64,000 bases of DNA from contig CAKOWI010000003.1 in the NCBI GenBank assembly GCA_934122275.1, positions 29,952 through 93,951 on the forward strand, in the 5' to 3' direction. Below the pieces are notes generated by a model that worked only from the letters and a program-made list of their open reading frames with translations, was not told the DNA's origin and made no database searches. Source of the stretch: an uncultured Bacilli bacterium (GTDB lineage: Bacteria > Bacillota_I > Bacilli_A > RF39 > UBA660). The position numbers and the translations under genes were made by a program. Of this stretch, positions 27,621 through 36,297 are shown piece by piece; the stretch's first letter is position 1, and the number at the start of each line of letters is the position of its first letter.

Positions 27621-28178
27621 TTATTGCTCTTTATATTTAGATTCAAATAAATCCTTTTCTTCGTCTTCTATTTCTATATTTTCCTTTAATTTTGGAAGTT
27701 CATCTAATGATGATAAATTAAAATAATCTAAGAATTTATCAGTAGTTTTATAAAGCATTGGTTTACCTGGCATCTCGCTTCTACCAGCTAAATCAATTAG
27801 TCCTCTATAAAGTAATTTTCTTACTATATCGCGGCTTGACACACCTCTTATTTCATCAATCATACCAACCGATATAGGACCATTATATGCTATTATAGCA
27901 AGTGTTTCTAGTGCTGATTGTGAAAAGGTAGATAATATAGATTTATCTACTAATGATTCATAATATTTTTTATGTTCTTCTTTTGTTGTTAGTTTATATT
28001 TATTTCCTAAATAAACTAACTTTAGTCCTCTTTTTTCATCTTCTAAACTAATTTTATATTCCTCGAGTAAATTTAATGCTTCTTCTTCAGTAATATCTAA
28101 AACCCTAGCTATATCCTCTTTAGATATTCCATCTTCTCCAGTAACAAAAAGCAAACCTTCTAAAACACCAATTTTCAT
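27621..28178 (-). CDS. scpB: Segregation and condensation protein B
   Basis: GLLFVTGEDGIS...ALETLAIIAYNGPISVGMIDEIRGV is typical of ScpB; directly downstream of scpA. Confidence 0.85.
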   Translation of the reverse strand: MKIGVLEGLLFVTGEDGISKEDIARVLDITEEEALNLLEEYKISLEDEKRGLKLVYLGNKYKLTTKEEHKKYYESLVDKSILSTFSQSALETLAIIAYNGPISVGMIDEIRGVSSRDIVRKLLYRGLIDLAGRSEMPGKPMLYKTTDKFLDYFNLSSLDELPKLKENIEIEDEEKDLFESKYKEQ

Positions 28179-28179
28179 A

Positions 28180-28905
28180 CTACTCACCTTCTTTTAATGA
28201 AATTAATATATTGTTAAAATTACTTTCTTGAGTAATTAATATTTCATTTTTTTTAGCTAATTCTAATATAGATAAAAAGTTAACAATTACTTCTTCTTTT
28301 GTTTCTACGTCAAATAGTTCTATAAAAGATACTTTTTTCTTCCTTTTTAATATATTTCTTATATTATTAACTCTTTCAGCAACAGATAATTCTTTTTTAG
28401 TTATTTTAGTTGATAATGGCTTATCTAACTCTTTTCTCTTAATAAGCTCATTAAATGCATTTATTAGATCATTAACACCAAGGTTATTTTCATTTTTCTC
28501 TTCTTTTACAAAGTAATTTAAATTAAATGGTTCTTTTGTAAAAATCATTTTACGTGAAGATTCTAATTCTTTAAACTCAGATGTAACTTCTTTATATCTT
28601 TTATATATAAGTAATTTTTCTATTAAAACTTCTCTTGGATCTTCTTCATATTCATCAGTTTCTTCTAATTGTTTCTTTGGTAGCAATAACTTTGATTTCA
28701 TCTCTATTAATTCAGCTGCCATAACAAGATATTCACTAGCTACTGATAGATTAAGTTCTTTCATACTTTCTATATAATCTAAATATTGTTTCGTAATAGT
28801 TTCTATTTTAATATCATATATGTCTATATTATCTTCTTTTATTAAATGCAATAAAAGGTCTAGTGGACCTTCAAATTTATCAATCATAACTTTATAACTA
28901 TTCAA
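28180..28905 (-). CDS. scpA: Segregation and condensation protein A
   Basis: FEGPLDLLLHLIKEDNIDIYDIKI...YLVMAAELIEMKSKLLLP is typical of the ScpA kleisin. Confidence 0.85.
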   Translation of the reverse strand: MNSYKVMIDKFEGPLDLLLHLIKEDNIDIYDIKIETITKQYLDYIESMKELNLSVASEYLVMAAELIEMKSKLLLPKKQLEETDEYEEDPREVLIEKLLIYKRYKEVTSEFKELESSRKMIFTKEPFNLNYFVKEEKNENNLGVNDLINAFNELIKRKELDKPLSTKITKKELSVAERVNNIRNILKRKKKVSFIELFDVETKEEVIVNFLSILELAKKNEILITQESNFNNILISLKEGE

Positions 28906-28982
28906 AATAAATCACCTATTTCCTAAATTATTATAACATAATAACTTAAAAAAACTAAGAATTATTCTTAGTTTAAATAGTA

Positions 28983-30203
28983 TTATACTGGTTTAACAAC
29001 AATAGAACTATAAATATACGTCTTATTTCTTTTGGATTTATGTTTTTTATATGAGTAATAATACTTATATCCAAAATAAAGATTAGTATTTGAGCAATCC
29101 AAATACTTGCCATTTACTTTTGTATTTTTAGGAAAATCTTCACACTTAACCTTATTATCAAGCACACTTATGTTTATACCATTTTCATCTTTTGAAACTG
29201 TTTCCGCATAAACTTCCATATTATTATTTAATTTAGTCCAAGTAACATAATTTTTTCCTTTATGTCCCACTAATTTCAAATAATTTTTATCATTTACAAT
29301 CATATATTTATCATCTATATAATATATCTTATTGTATTTCTTTCCCACATACACTTCTTTATTTTCAAAATCATATATATGTATTCTATTTCCCTTATTA
29401 ATAGCTAAAAATTTATCATTAACTATATGTGCAGTATATCCTTCATATTCATCAATACTTGATACTTTTCTTAAGTTTTGATCATACACATAATTATTTG
29501 TTATAAAATAACTATTTTTAGTATTACCAATTACATTTAATACACCTGATAGTTTAAATTTCCCACTATTTATATCTAAAATACGTTTTGCATCATTTTC
29601 ATAATTACTATGAAATAAAATATAATTGGTGTTAATTAACTCTTTCGAATAATAAAGGTTATAAATATCATAATCAACAATATACTTTTTTAACTTTAAG
29701 TCATAATATGCACTTTCAATACCACTTTTTAGTATAACTCCTTTAAGTCTATTATTGTTATATACAGGTTCTATATACCAATATTTATTATCATCTATAT
29801 CAAACTCATATATATTTTTATTCTTTTTATAATCATAAAGAAAATATTTATAATTATCATAAACAACTAAATAATCTTCAGTAACATCAAGTCTAAAAAC
29901 GTTACATCCATCATTTTTGCATATATATTTTCCTAACTTTTCTGATTTCAAATCTTTTTCATCTATTATTTTTTTATATACACCATCTATCTTTTTATTA
30001 TAGATATATGTTACATCACCCTTTTTTCCATCATAAACAGTTTCATATTTTTTATTGACATAGTTAGGTTCTATTACTATATTATAATTCTTACTATTAG
30101 AACTCTTCTTGTTAAAAAATGAAATTGACACAGTCGTAATTATTAATAATACTAGTACTAATTTAAACGTATTGTTAAACCTACTTTCTTTAGCTATATC
30201 CAT
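28983..30203 (-). CDS. Hypothetical membrane-anchored protein
   Basis: N-terminal transmembrane segment followed by a Tyr/Asn/Lys-rich, probably beta-rich ectodomain. No family recognised. Confidence 0.4.
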   Translation of the reverse strand: MDIAKESRFNNTFKLVLVLLIITTVSISFFNKKSSNSKNYNIVIEPNYVNKKYETVYDGKKGDVTYIYNKKIDGVYKKIIDEKDLKSEKLGKYICKNDGCNVFRLDVTEDYLVVYDNYKYFLYDYKKNKNIYEFDIDDNKYWYIEPVYNNNRLKGVILKSGIESAYYDLKLKKYIVDYDIYNLYYSKELINTNYILFHSNYENDAKRILDINSGKFKLSGVLNVIGNTKNSYFITNNYVYDQNLRKVSSIDEYEGYTAHIVNDKFLAINKGNRIHIYDFENKEVYVGKKYNKIYYIDDKYMIVNDKNYLKLVGHKGKNYVTWTKLNNNMEVYAETVSKDENGINISVLDNKVKCEDFPKNTKVNGKYLDCSNTNLYFGYKYYYSYKKHKSKRNKTYIYSSIVVKPV

Positions 30204-30313
30204 ATTAATCACCTATCCTAGTTAAATATTAACATGAGAACAAACACTAGTCAATATAAATAAACAGTTGTTAATCTATCTTATATTTGATACAATTTAT
30301 AAAGGTGATTGCT

Positions 30314-30616
30314 TTGAAAAAGTTTACTATGAAAGATGAAGAGTTTATTTGTGAAAATTGTGGAAATAAGGTTGATAAATTAAATTATACTGCTAGAGAT
30401 CATTGTCCATACTGTTTATATTCAAAACACGTAGATATAAATCCTGGAGATAGATTAAATAAATGTAAGGGTCTACTAAAACCAATTGATATAGAAAAAT
30501 TTAAGAATACATATAAAATAATATATAAATGTGAAAAATGCGGGAAATTACATAAAAACATAATGGCAAGTGATGATAATATTGATGCCATAATTGAACT
30601 ATCAAAAAAGAATTAA
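30314..30616 (+). CDS. RNHCP-domain zinc-ribbon protein
   Basis: CENCG...ARDHCPYCLYSKHVD...CEKCG matches the RNHCP pattern. A TTG at 30314 lies 5 nt after AAAGGTGA; an alternative ATG is at 30329. Confidence 0.6.
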   Translation: MKKFTMKDEEFICENCGNKVDKLNYTARDHCPYCLYSKHVDINPGDRLNKCKGLLKPIDIEKFKNTYKIIYKCEKCGKLHKNIMASDDNIDAIIELSKKN

Positions 30617-30636
30617 CGAGTGTTAGTTAATTCTTT

Positions 30637-30894
30637 TTATTTTTTATAGAAAGTTACAGATTCAGTATAGTTTATTCCGTCATCAAAATAATGATTATAT
30701 GTTTCTATTTCTCCATACTTACCACAACCTATAACTAAGTTTTTAATCACATTAAGTTTTGATTTAAGTGTAACATCACTACCCTTATCACTGCCGGATG
30801 CAACTGCGACAAAAAAATCACCATTTGTTAAAGCATTATCTAAATTAACACCAAACATTGGATCACTAACGTGACATAAAAAATCATTTTTCAT
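30637..30894 (-). CDS. Hypothetical small protein
   Basis: 85-aa ORF with no motif. Confidence 0.35.
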   Translation of the reverse strand: MKNDFLCHVSDPMFGVNLDNALTNGDFFVAVASGSDKGSDVTLKSKLNVIKNLVIGCGKYGEIETYNHYFDDGINYTESVTFYKK

Positions 30895-30995
30895 AGTACC
30901 ATCCTTTCATTATATTTTTACAACAGCCCTTTTTAATGCGGGTAATTAAAATGATAGCACTATATATTATGTTTGTCAAACATTTTTATATTAAA

Positions 30996-32066
30996 TTATT
31001 CATCTGTGTTAGTTAGATTTTTTGTATCAACATTATTAATTGCATCAAATCTCTTAGATATTTTATCAGTAGTAATATGAATATCATTAGCATCACGACT
31101 TACTGCATCAATACTTCTAGATAATTTATCCCATCTTTCTTTATATCTTTTAAAGTCAATCGATAATTTATTTAATTCTTCATGAATTACACTAGTATAT
31201 TTATCTTTTTCAATATTCTTAATAATTAATTCTATAGTAGTTAATGTACTCATTAAAGTAGTTGGAGATGCTATCCATACTCTTTTTTTATAAGCATATT
31301 CTATTATATCTGAATGATATGCATTTAGCTCTGCAAATATAGCTTCTGCTGGTAAAAACATTATAGCTTGATTACTTGTTACACCATCTATTATATATTT
31401 ATCTGCTATCGCATCTATGTGTTTTTTAACATCCATTTTAAACATTTTTTCAGCATTTTGTCTTTCTACTATACCAGCTTTTTTATCTATCATTAATCTA
31501 TAATTATCAAGTGGAAATTTTGAATCTATCGCTATAGTACCTAATGGTTCTGGTGCAAACAAAACACAATCAGCAATAACACCAGTATTAAATGTATATT
31601 GTAGTTTGTATATTTTATCATTATTATCACCAAATACACTAACTAAAATATGTTTTAAATTTACTTCACCAAATATACCTCTAGTTTTCTTATCTGTAAG
31701 AATAGATTGTAGTGAAATTATATCAGTAGACAAACTATCTATTTTCTTTTGAGCTTCATCTATTTTTGATAATCTTTCTAATACCGAAGTAAAAGTTTTA
31801 TTAGTTTTTTCAAAATTAACGTCTAATCTTTCATTAACATGATCATTTATTAAGTTTAATTTTTTTTCTATTCTATCATTTAACCTTTCAAAATCAGCAT
31901 TTAAATTATTATTTACGCCTTCTTTAAATTCACCAAGTTCTTTTATCATACTAGTTTCTAATCTTCCTAAACGCTCCGTAATATTGCTTTCATTTATGTT
32001 TTTAGATATAGAAAAGATAACTAATATTACTATCAAGATAAGTAATCCAATTATTATATATTCCAT
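30996..32066 (-). CDS. rmuC: DNA recombination protein RmuC
   Basis: N-terminal transmembrane segment, coiled coil, and a C-terminal nuclease-like core (IAIDSKFPL...MFLPAEAIF...VWIASPTTLM) typical of RmuC. Confidence 0.8.
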   Translation of the reverse strand: MEYIIIGLLILIVILVIFSISKNINESNITERLGRLETSMIKELGEFKEGVNNNLNADFERLNDRIEKKLNLINDHVNERLDVNFEKTNKTFTSVLERLSKIDEAQKKIDSLSTDIISLQSILTDKKTRGIFGEVNLKHILVSVFGDNNDKIYKLQYTFNTGVIADCVLFAPEPLGTIAIDSKFPLDNYRLMIDKKAGIVERQNAEKMFKMDVKKHIDAIADKYIIDGVTSNQAIMFLPAEAIFAELNAYHSDIIEYAYKKRVWIASPTTLMSTLTTIELIIKNIEKDKYTSVIHEELNKLSIDFKRYKERWDKLSRSIDAVSRDANDIHITTDKISKRFDAINNVDTKNLTNTDE

Positions 32067-32131
32067 ACTGTACCTCCTACAAATAATTATACATCATAAC
32101 TAGTTTTATTAGTATATTATAAATTAAAACT

Positions 32132-32407
32132 TTACATATATTTCTTTATTTTTTCTATACCACCATTTATACTGTAGCAACTATAGCCCATAGCATTTAA
32201 AATTTTTGCACAAAATAAGCTAATTTCCCCTTTACTACAAATAAGATAATACGTTTTATTTTTATCTAAATATTTTTCTGGATTTTTAAGTAAAACTAAT
32301 CTTGGTATATTTGTTCCACTATTTAAATTAACTTTTTGATACTCACTTTTTGTTCTTACATCAATTATATTTTCTCTATCTTTAACATCACCAAATTCTA
32401 TTTGCAT
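32132..32407 (-). CDS. Rhodanese-like domain protein
   Basis: IDVRT..EY......G..NIP...YYLICSKGEIS matches the single-domain rhodanese pattern with an active-site Cys loop. Confidence 0.65.
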   Translation of the reverse strand: MQIEFGDVKDRENIIDVRTKSEYQKVNLNSGTNIPRLVLLKNPEKYLDKNKTYYLICSKGEISLFCAKILNAMGYSCYSINGGIEKIKKYM

Positions 32408-32428
32408 ATTATCACCATAATAACTTAT

Positions 32429-32459
32429 GAAAAAAAGTACTTTTTGAAAAGTACTTTTT
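32429..32459 (-). terminator. Terminator at the end of the coupling-protein gene
   Basis: AAAAAGTAC...GTACTTTTT (two copies of the palindrome AAAAGTACTTTT) followed by a U-run. It overlaps the TAA stop. Confidence 0.5.
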
Positions 32460-34803
32460 ACTCAAAGAAATCATCAAAAAGGTCTGAATCATCATCTTTT
32501 TCATTCATGATTTTATTAATCTCTTCTTTATTTGTATATATTTCTTCTTTCTTATTATCCTCTTTAGGAGGTTCCTTAGTTTCTGGTTTATTACTTTTTT
32601 CTTCTTTAGGTTCTATAACATCATCAGCTGATATATCTTCCATGAAATCATCCATCATGTCATAATCGTTAGAAACCGGTTTAACACTTGATTTATCATC
32701 AATTTTTATTTTATTACTAGATAACACAGAACTATTAGAAGATAATTCTTCTTTTGCAAGTTCATCCTTTAATTTATTATCTTCTTTTTCTTCATTTTCA
32801 AGTTCTTGTATTTTAGCATCAATCTTCTTTATTATACTATCTATGTCTAAATCGTCATCATCAGTATCACTAGCTGGTATATTAGAAATTCCACTTGTAC
32901 TTCCGCCAAAGGGATTAGGTGATGGAGCTGCATTTAAAAATGGATTTGAAGACTGATTACTACCACCAAAAGGATTAGATGGTCCAAACGGGTTTGCATT
33001 ATTTACAAACGGATTTCCACCGCCAAACGGGTTATTTCCGTTAAACATTTCATTTCTCTTTTCTTCCTTTTTCTTTTTAACAAATTCTCTTATGTCAAAC
33101 AACTTAATTGATCTTTGTTCATGAGTAGGAAGCTCTGCTTTTGGAATACTACTATTATTCTTTCCATAACCAAAATCGGTATTCCAAAATGGTAAAAATT
33201 TTGTTCTTAATGGTGGAAGACGATGTTTAAGTACCAATACTTCATCTTGCTTAAATCTTTGAAGTTCAGTAACAGTAATAAGCGGCCTTGTTTCTTCTTT
33301 CTTATCTTTACCAACCTTTACAATCTTATCACCACAAAGTTTACTAATTTCTTCAAGTGCTGACAATTCACCAGTAAGTAAATATAAAATGTTTCCACAG
33401 TTACCACGAATAGTTTCGGCATCTTCATTACCATAAACTTGCTTTAACTGTGCAAAGTTTTGAATTATCATGGTCATTCTTATTTGTCTCGAACGAGCTG
33501 CTGTAATCATTGTTGTAATATCTTTGAACTTTGGCATATTTGCAAACTCATCAAGTAAAAAGTTAGTTCTAATTGGAAGCTTACCACCATGTCTTTGTGC
33601 AACTGCAATCAGTGATTCATAACATTGCTTTACAAAGATTGTTGCAAGTGCATGATAAGTAGTTTTTTCATCTTGTATTATCATAAACACAGCAGTTTTT
33701 CTCTCACCTATCGTTTCCATATCAAAATCACTTCTTGATAGCATTTCTGATAAATTCCTTGTAACCGCAAATACCTTTATTTTTTGTTTTAAAACCGAAT
33801 CAATAGAGTTTTTAGTATCTTGTGGTGCATTTACTGTACCCAATGCATTAATTGCAGCAGGGCTTGCAGGATCTTTCATCTTAAAGTACTCTTTCATATA
33901 AGTTGAAGCTCCAACTTTTTCATCACCAACAGTCATCATTAAGTTTACAGTTGAAATACTTATCTCATCTTCTTTTGCATCCTCAAACATTCCAAGTGAA
34001 AGACCTGTTAAAAAGTCTGCAGCAGAATTAGTCCAGAATGGATCATTTGATTTTTCATCAGTTGCAATATTAATTGCCATATCGTTTAAAAGTTCATTTG
34101 CTTTGTCTTGATTACCTTCTTTATAATACTTATAAGGAAGTGTATATGGATTCCAGCAACTACCATTTTTAGGATCACGAAAATTAACAACTATTACATC
34201 ATATCCTAAGTTTTTTAACATTTCTCCATTTTTTTCATAGATTTCACCCTTAGGGTCAGTAATAACCATTGATTCACCCTTTTTAGCTAATAAATTAACT
34301 AATGGATTAATAACCATCTGAGTTTTACCAGAACCAGTAGCACCAATAACAAGTGAGTGTGCTTCACCATTATCTACATATACTAAGTTTTTCTTTTTAT
34401 CATAAACAAGAGGAAATCCAGCTGCTGTTGATTCTTTAGCACTTATTTCAACTGGTTCAACATCTTTAAACTTCTTATATTCATCTTCTTTAGCAAATCT
34501 ACCAAAACCCTCTTCTTTCTTTCCTTCAACAAAACCAATTCCCTTTTCAGTACTAAAAAAGTGACTTGAAACACTAGCAACTAAAGCTATTATTGAAACT
34601 ATCCAAAATAAAAGTGTATATTTTAACATTGGAGGAAAAAATGCCTGTACAAAATTAAAAGTAAACTTAAAATCTGAACCAACTTCATCATAAGTAAAAT
34701 GATAAAAATTATTCACACAAATAGCAATAACTACGAGCAACAAAAGACATGCCCATAAAAAAGCAACAACGTCTTTTTTCTCTGCCCTAAATTTTAATTT
34801 CAT
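32458..34803 (-). CDS. Type IV coupling protein (VirD4/TraG family) with a long NPF-repeat and acidic C-terminal tail
   Basis: N-terminal transmembrane segments, Walker A VIGATGSGKTQ, Walker B-like FLLDEFANM and RSRQIRMTMIIQNFAQL. The tail carries about 8 NPF motifs and then a D/E-rich end. Confidence 0.8.
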   Translation of the reverse strand: MKLKFRAEKKDVVAFLWACLLLLVVIAICVNNFYHFTYDEVGSDFKFTFNFVQAFFPPMLKYTLLFWIVSIIALVASVSSHFFSTEKGIGFVEGKKEEGFGRFAKEDEYKKFKDVEPVEISAKESTAAGFPLVYDKKKNLVYVDNGEAHSLVIGATGSGKTQMVINPLVNLLAKKGESMVITDPKGEIYEKNGEMLKNLGYDVIVVNFRDPKNGSCWNPYTLPYKYYKEGNQDKANELLNDMAINIATDEKSNDPFWTNSAADFLTGLSLGMFEDAKEDEISISTVNLMMTVGDEKVGASTYMKEYFKMKDPASPAAINALGTVNAPQDTKNSIDSVLKQKIKVFAVTRNLSEMLSRSDFDMETIGERKTAVFMIIQDEKTTYHALATIFVKQCYESLIAVAQRHGGKLPIRTNFLLDEFANMPKFKDITTMITAARSRQIRMTMIIQNFAQLKQVYGNEDAETIRGNCGNILYLLTGELSALEEISKLCGDKIVKVGKDKKEETRPLITVTELQRFKQDEVLVLKHRLPPLRTKFLPFWNTDFGYGKNNSSIPKAELPTHEQRSIKLFDIREFVKKKKEEKRNEMFNGNNPFGGGNPFVNNANPFGPSNPFGGSNQSSNPFLNAAPSPNPFGGSTSGISNIPASDTDDDDLDIDSIIKKIDAKIQELENEEKEDNKLKDELAKEELSSNSSVLSSNKIKIDDKSSVKPVSNDYDMMDDFMEDISADDVIEPKEEKSNKPETKEPPKEDNKKEEIYTNKEEINKIMNEKDDDSDLFDDFFE

Positions 34804-34864
34804 ATTAAGTCCTCCCTTTTTAAAGGTCTATTACAAGAGATATTATATCAAATATTTAATGTTT

Positions 34865-35590
34865 TTAATACTCTAATTTATTATTTTTATATTTATCATA
34901 TAAAACCTTGCCAACAATTACTATAACTAATGCCAAAATAACAAATATAAATATGTATGAATTGTTTTTAATCCCACTAATAACCTTGTTTTTATTTTCC
35001 TCTTTTTTTGCATTTTTTTCAAAATCATTTTTATTTATTTTTATATATAATCCCTTATCATCACTAGTTGTAGAATCAAACTTCCAAGTATAAGTTTTTT
35101 TATTAACACTATCTGCATTATTTTCTTCTGCATTTATAGGAAGCGTTAGGTTAAACTCTACCTTATCAAGAACAGGCCAAGTATTACAATCAGAACAGTA
35201 TGCAATATGACCTGTTTCATTTTTTATTTCATAATAATTTTCTGTTTCGGTACAACTAATATGTTTATATATATACTGACTAAAAACTGTTTTATTAATA
35301 AATTCACAAATATTATCAAAACTATTAGTTAGTACCACACTACCGTTTTCTTTTCCATATATTATACTACTTTTATACTTTCTAGTATCTAATGCATCTT
35401 TATAATACTTTAAAGTCATATTATATCTATTATTAAAATCACTTTCTGAAAGTCCAGAAGAAGGTGCTTTAAAAGTTACTTTTTCAGATACTTTTCCATC
35501 ATAATTAACTACAACATCAGATTTAACCGTACATCCAGATAAAATAATTAATAAAACTATAATACTAATTATGCATTTAATCTTTTTCAT
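34865..35590 (-). CDS. Lipoprotein with an additional C-terminal transmembrane anchor (paralogue 1)
   Basis: Lipobox LSGC. The C-terminal transmembrane segment and tail VLYDKYKNNKLEY are paralogous to the next gene, which also shares a TYTWKFD motif. Confidence 0.6.
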   Translation of the reverse strand: MKKIKCIISIIVLLIILSGCTVKSDVVVNYDGKVSEKVTFKAPSSGLSESDFNNRYNMTLKYYKDALDTRKYKSSIIYGKENGSVVLTNSFDNICEFINKTVFSQYIYKHISCTETENYYEIKNETGHIAYCSDCNTWPVLDKVEFNLTLPINAEENNADSVNKKTYTWKFDSTTSDDKGLYIKINKNDFEKNAKKEENKNKVISGIKNNSYIFIFVILALVIVIVGKVLYDKYKNNKLEY

Positions 35591-35601
35591 AGCAACCTCC
35601 T

Positions 35602-36285
35602 TTAATATTCCATCTTATTACTCTTATACTTATCATATAATATTTTACATATGAAAGCTATTACAAGTATTAATAAAACAATTATAGCAATCGATAACTT
35701 TGTATCCTTACTATTCTTATCACCTTTTTGTTTATCGATTGTCTTATTACTATATTTTTTAATCTTTAGTTCTAATTTACTTTCTTTTCCATCATCAAAC
35801 TTCCAAGTATATGTATTTTCATTTACTTCATTAGCATTACTTGAAACAGCTTTATCAGGAAGAGTTATATTTAAACTTAGGCTTTGTAATTCATTTTCAC
35901 CAGAACTTAAATACTTTGAACTAGCTACAACTTCATATGTATTATTTGATTCAGTACACGTTATATCATCAAAATAATCTTTAAATACAGATTCCTTAAA
36001 TAAGATACAAATATTATTATAACTATTAGAATATTTTCTCATTATGTTTTCGTTATCATCTAATATATCAACTTTGTAATTAGGAAGATTATTACTACCT
36101 AACTGAATCTCATATTCATCATTAACATATTTTGAAACACCATATCCTTCTAATTCAGCTATATTTTGTGAAAGTAAAACTTCTTCTGTTACAGAGTTAT
36201 TTTTATCAACATTTATATTTACATTTGCTGTGCATCCTGTAAAAAGGAAACATATAAGTAAAATAATTAAAGTTTTCTTTTTCAT
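35602..36285 (-). CDS. Lipoprotein with an additional C-terminal transmembrane anchor (paralogue 2)
   Basis: Lipobox FTGC; C-terminal transmembrane segment plus ILYDKYKSNKMEY; NTYTWKFDD motif. Confidence 0.6.
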   Translation of the reverse strand: MKKKTLIILLICFLFTGCTANVNINVDKNNSVTEEVLLSQNIAELEGYGVSKYVNDEYEIQLGSNNLPNYKVDILDDNENIMRKYSNSYNNICILFKESVFKDYFDDITCTESNNTYEVVASSKYLSSGENELQSLSLNITLPDKAVSSNANEVNENTYTWKFDDGKESKLELKIKKYSNKTIDKQKGDKNSKDTKLSIAIIVLLILVIAFICKILYDKYKSNKMEY

Positions 36286-36297
36286 AATATTCCCTTT

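Noticed and set aside
32429-32459. A duplicated palindrome AAAAGTACTTTT at the left end of the T4SS cluster as a possible att or oriT site.
   Set aside because: It forms an ordinary terminator hairpin with a U-run at the end of the coupling-protein gene, and no matching copy exists at the other end of the cluster.
32336-32665. 109-aa plus-strand ORF.
   Set aside because: It is antisense to the rhodanese gene and the coupling-protein tail, and it is Ser/Phe/Leu-rich junk typical of the antisense of acidic coding sequence.
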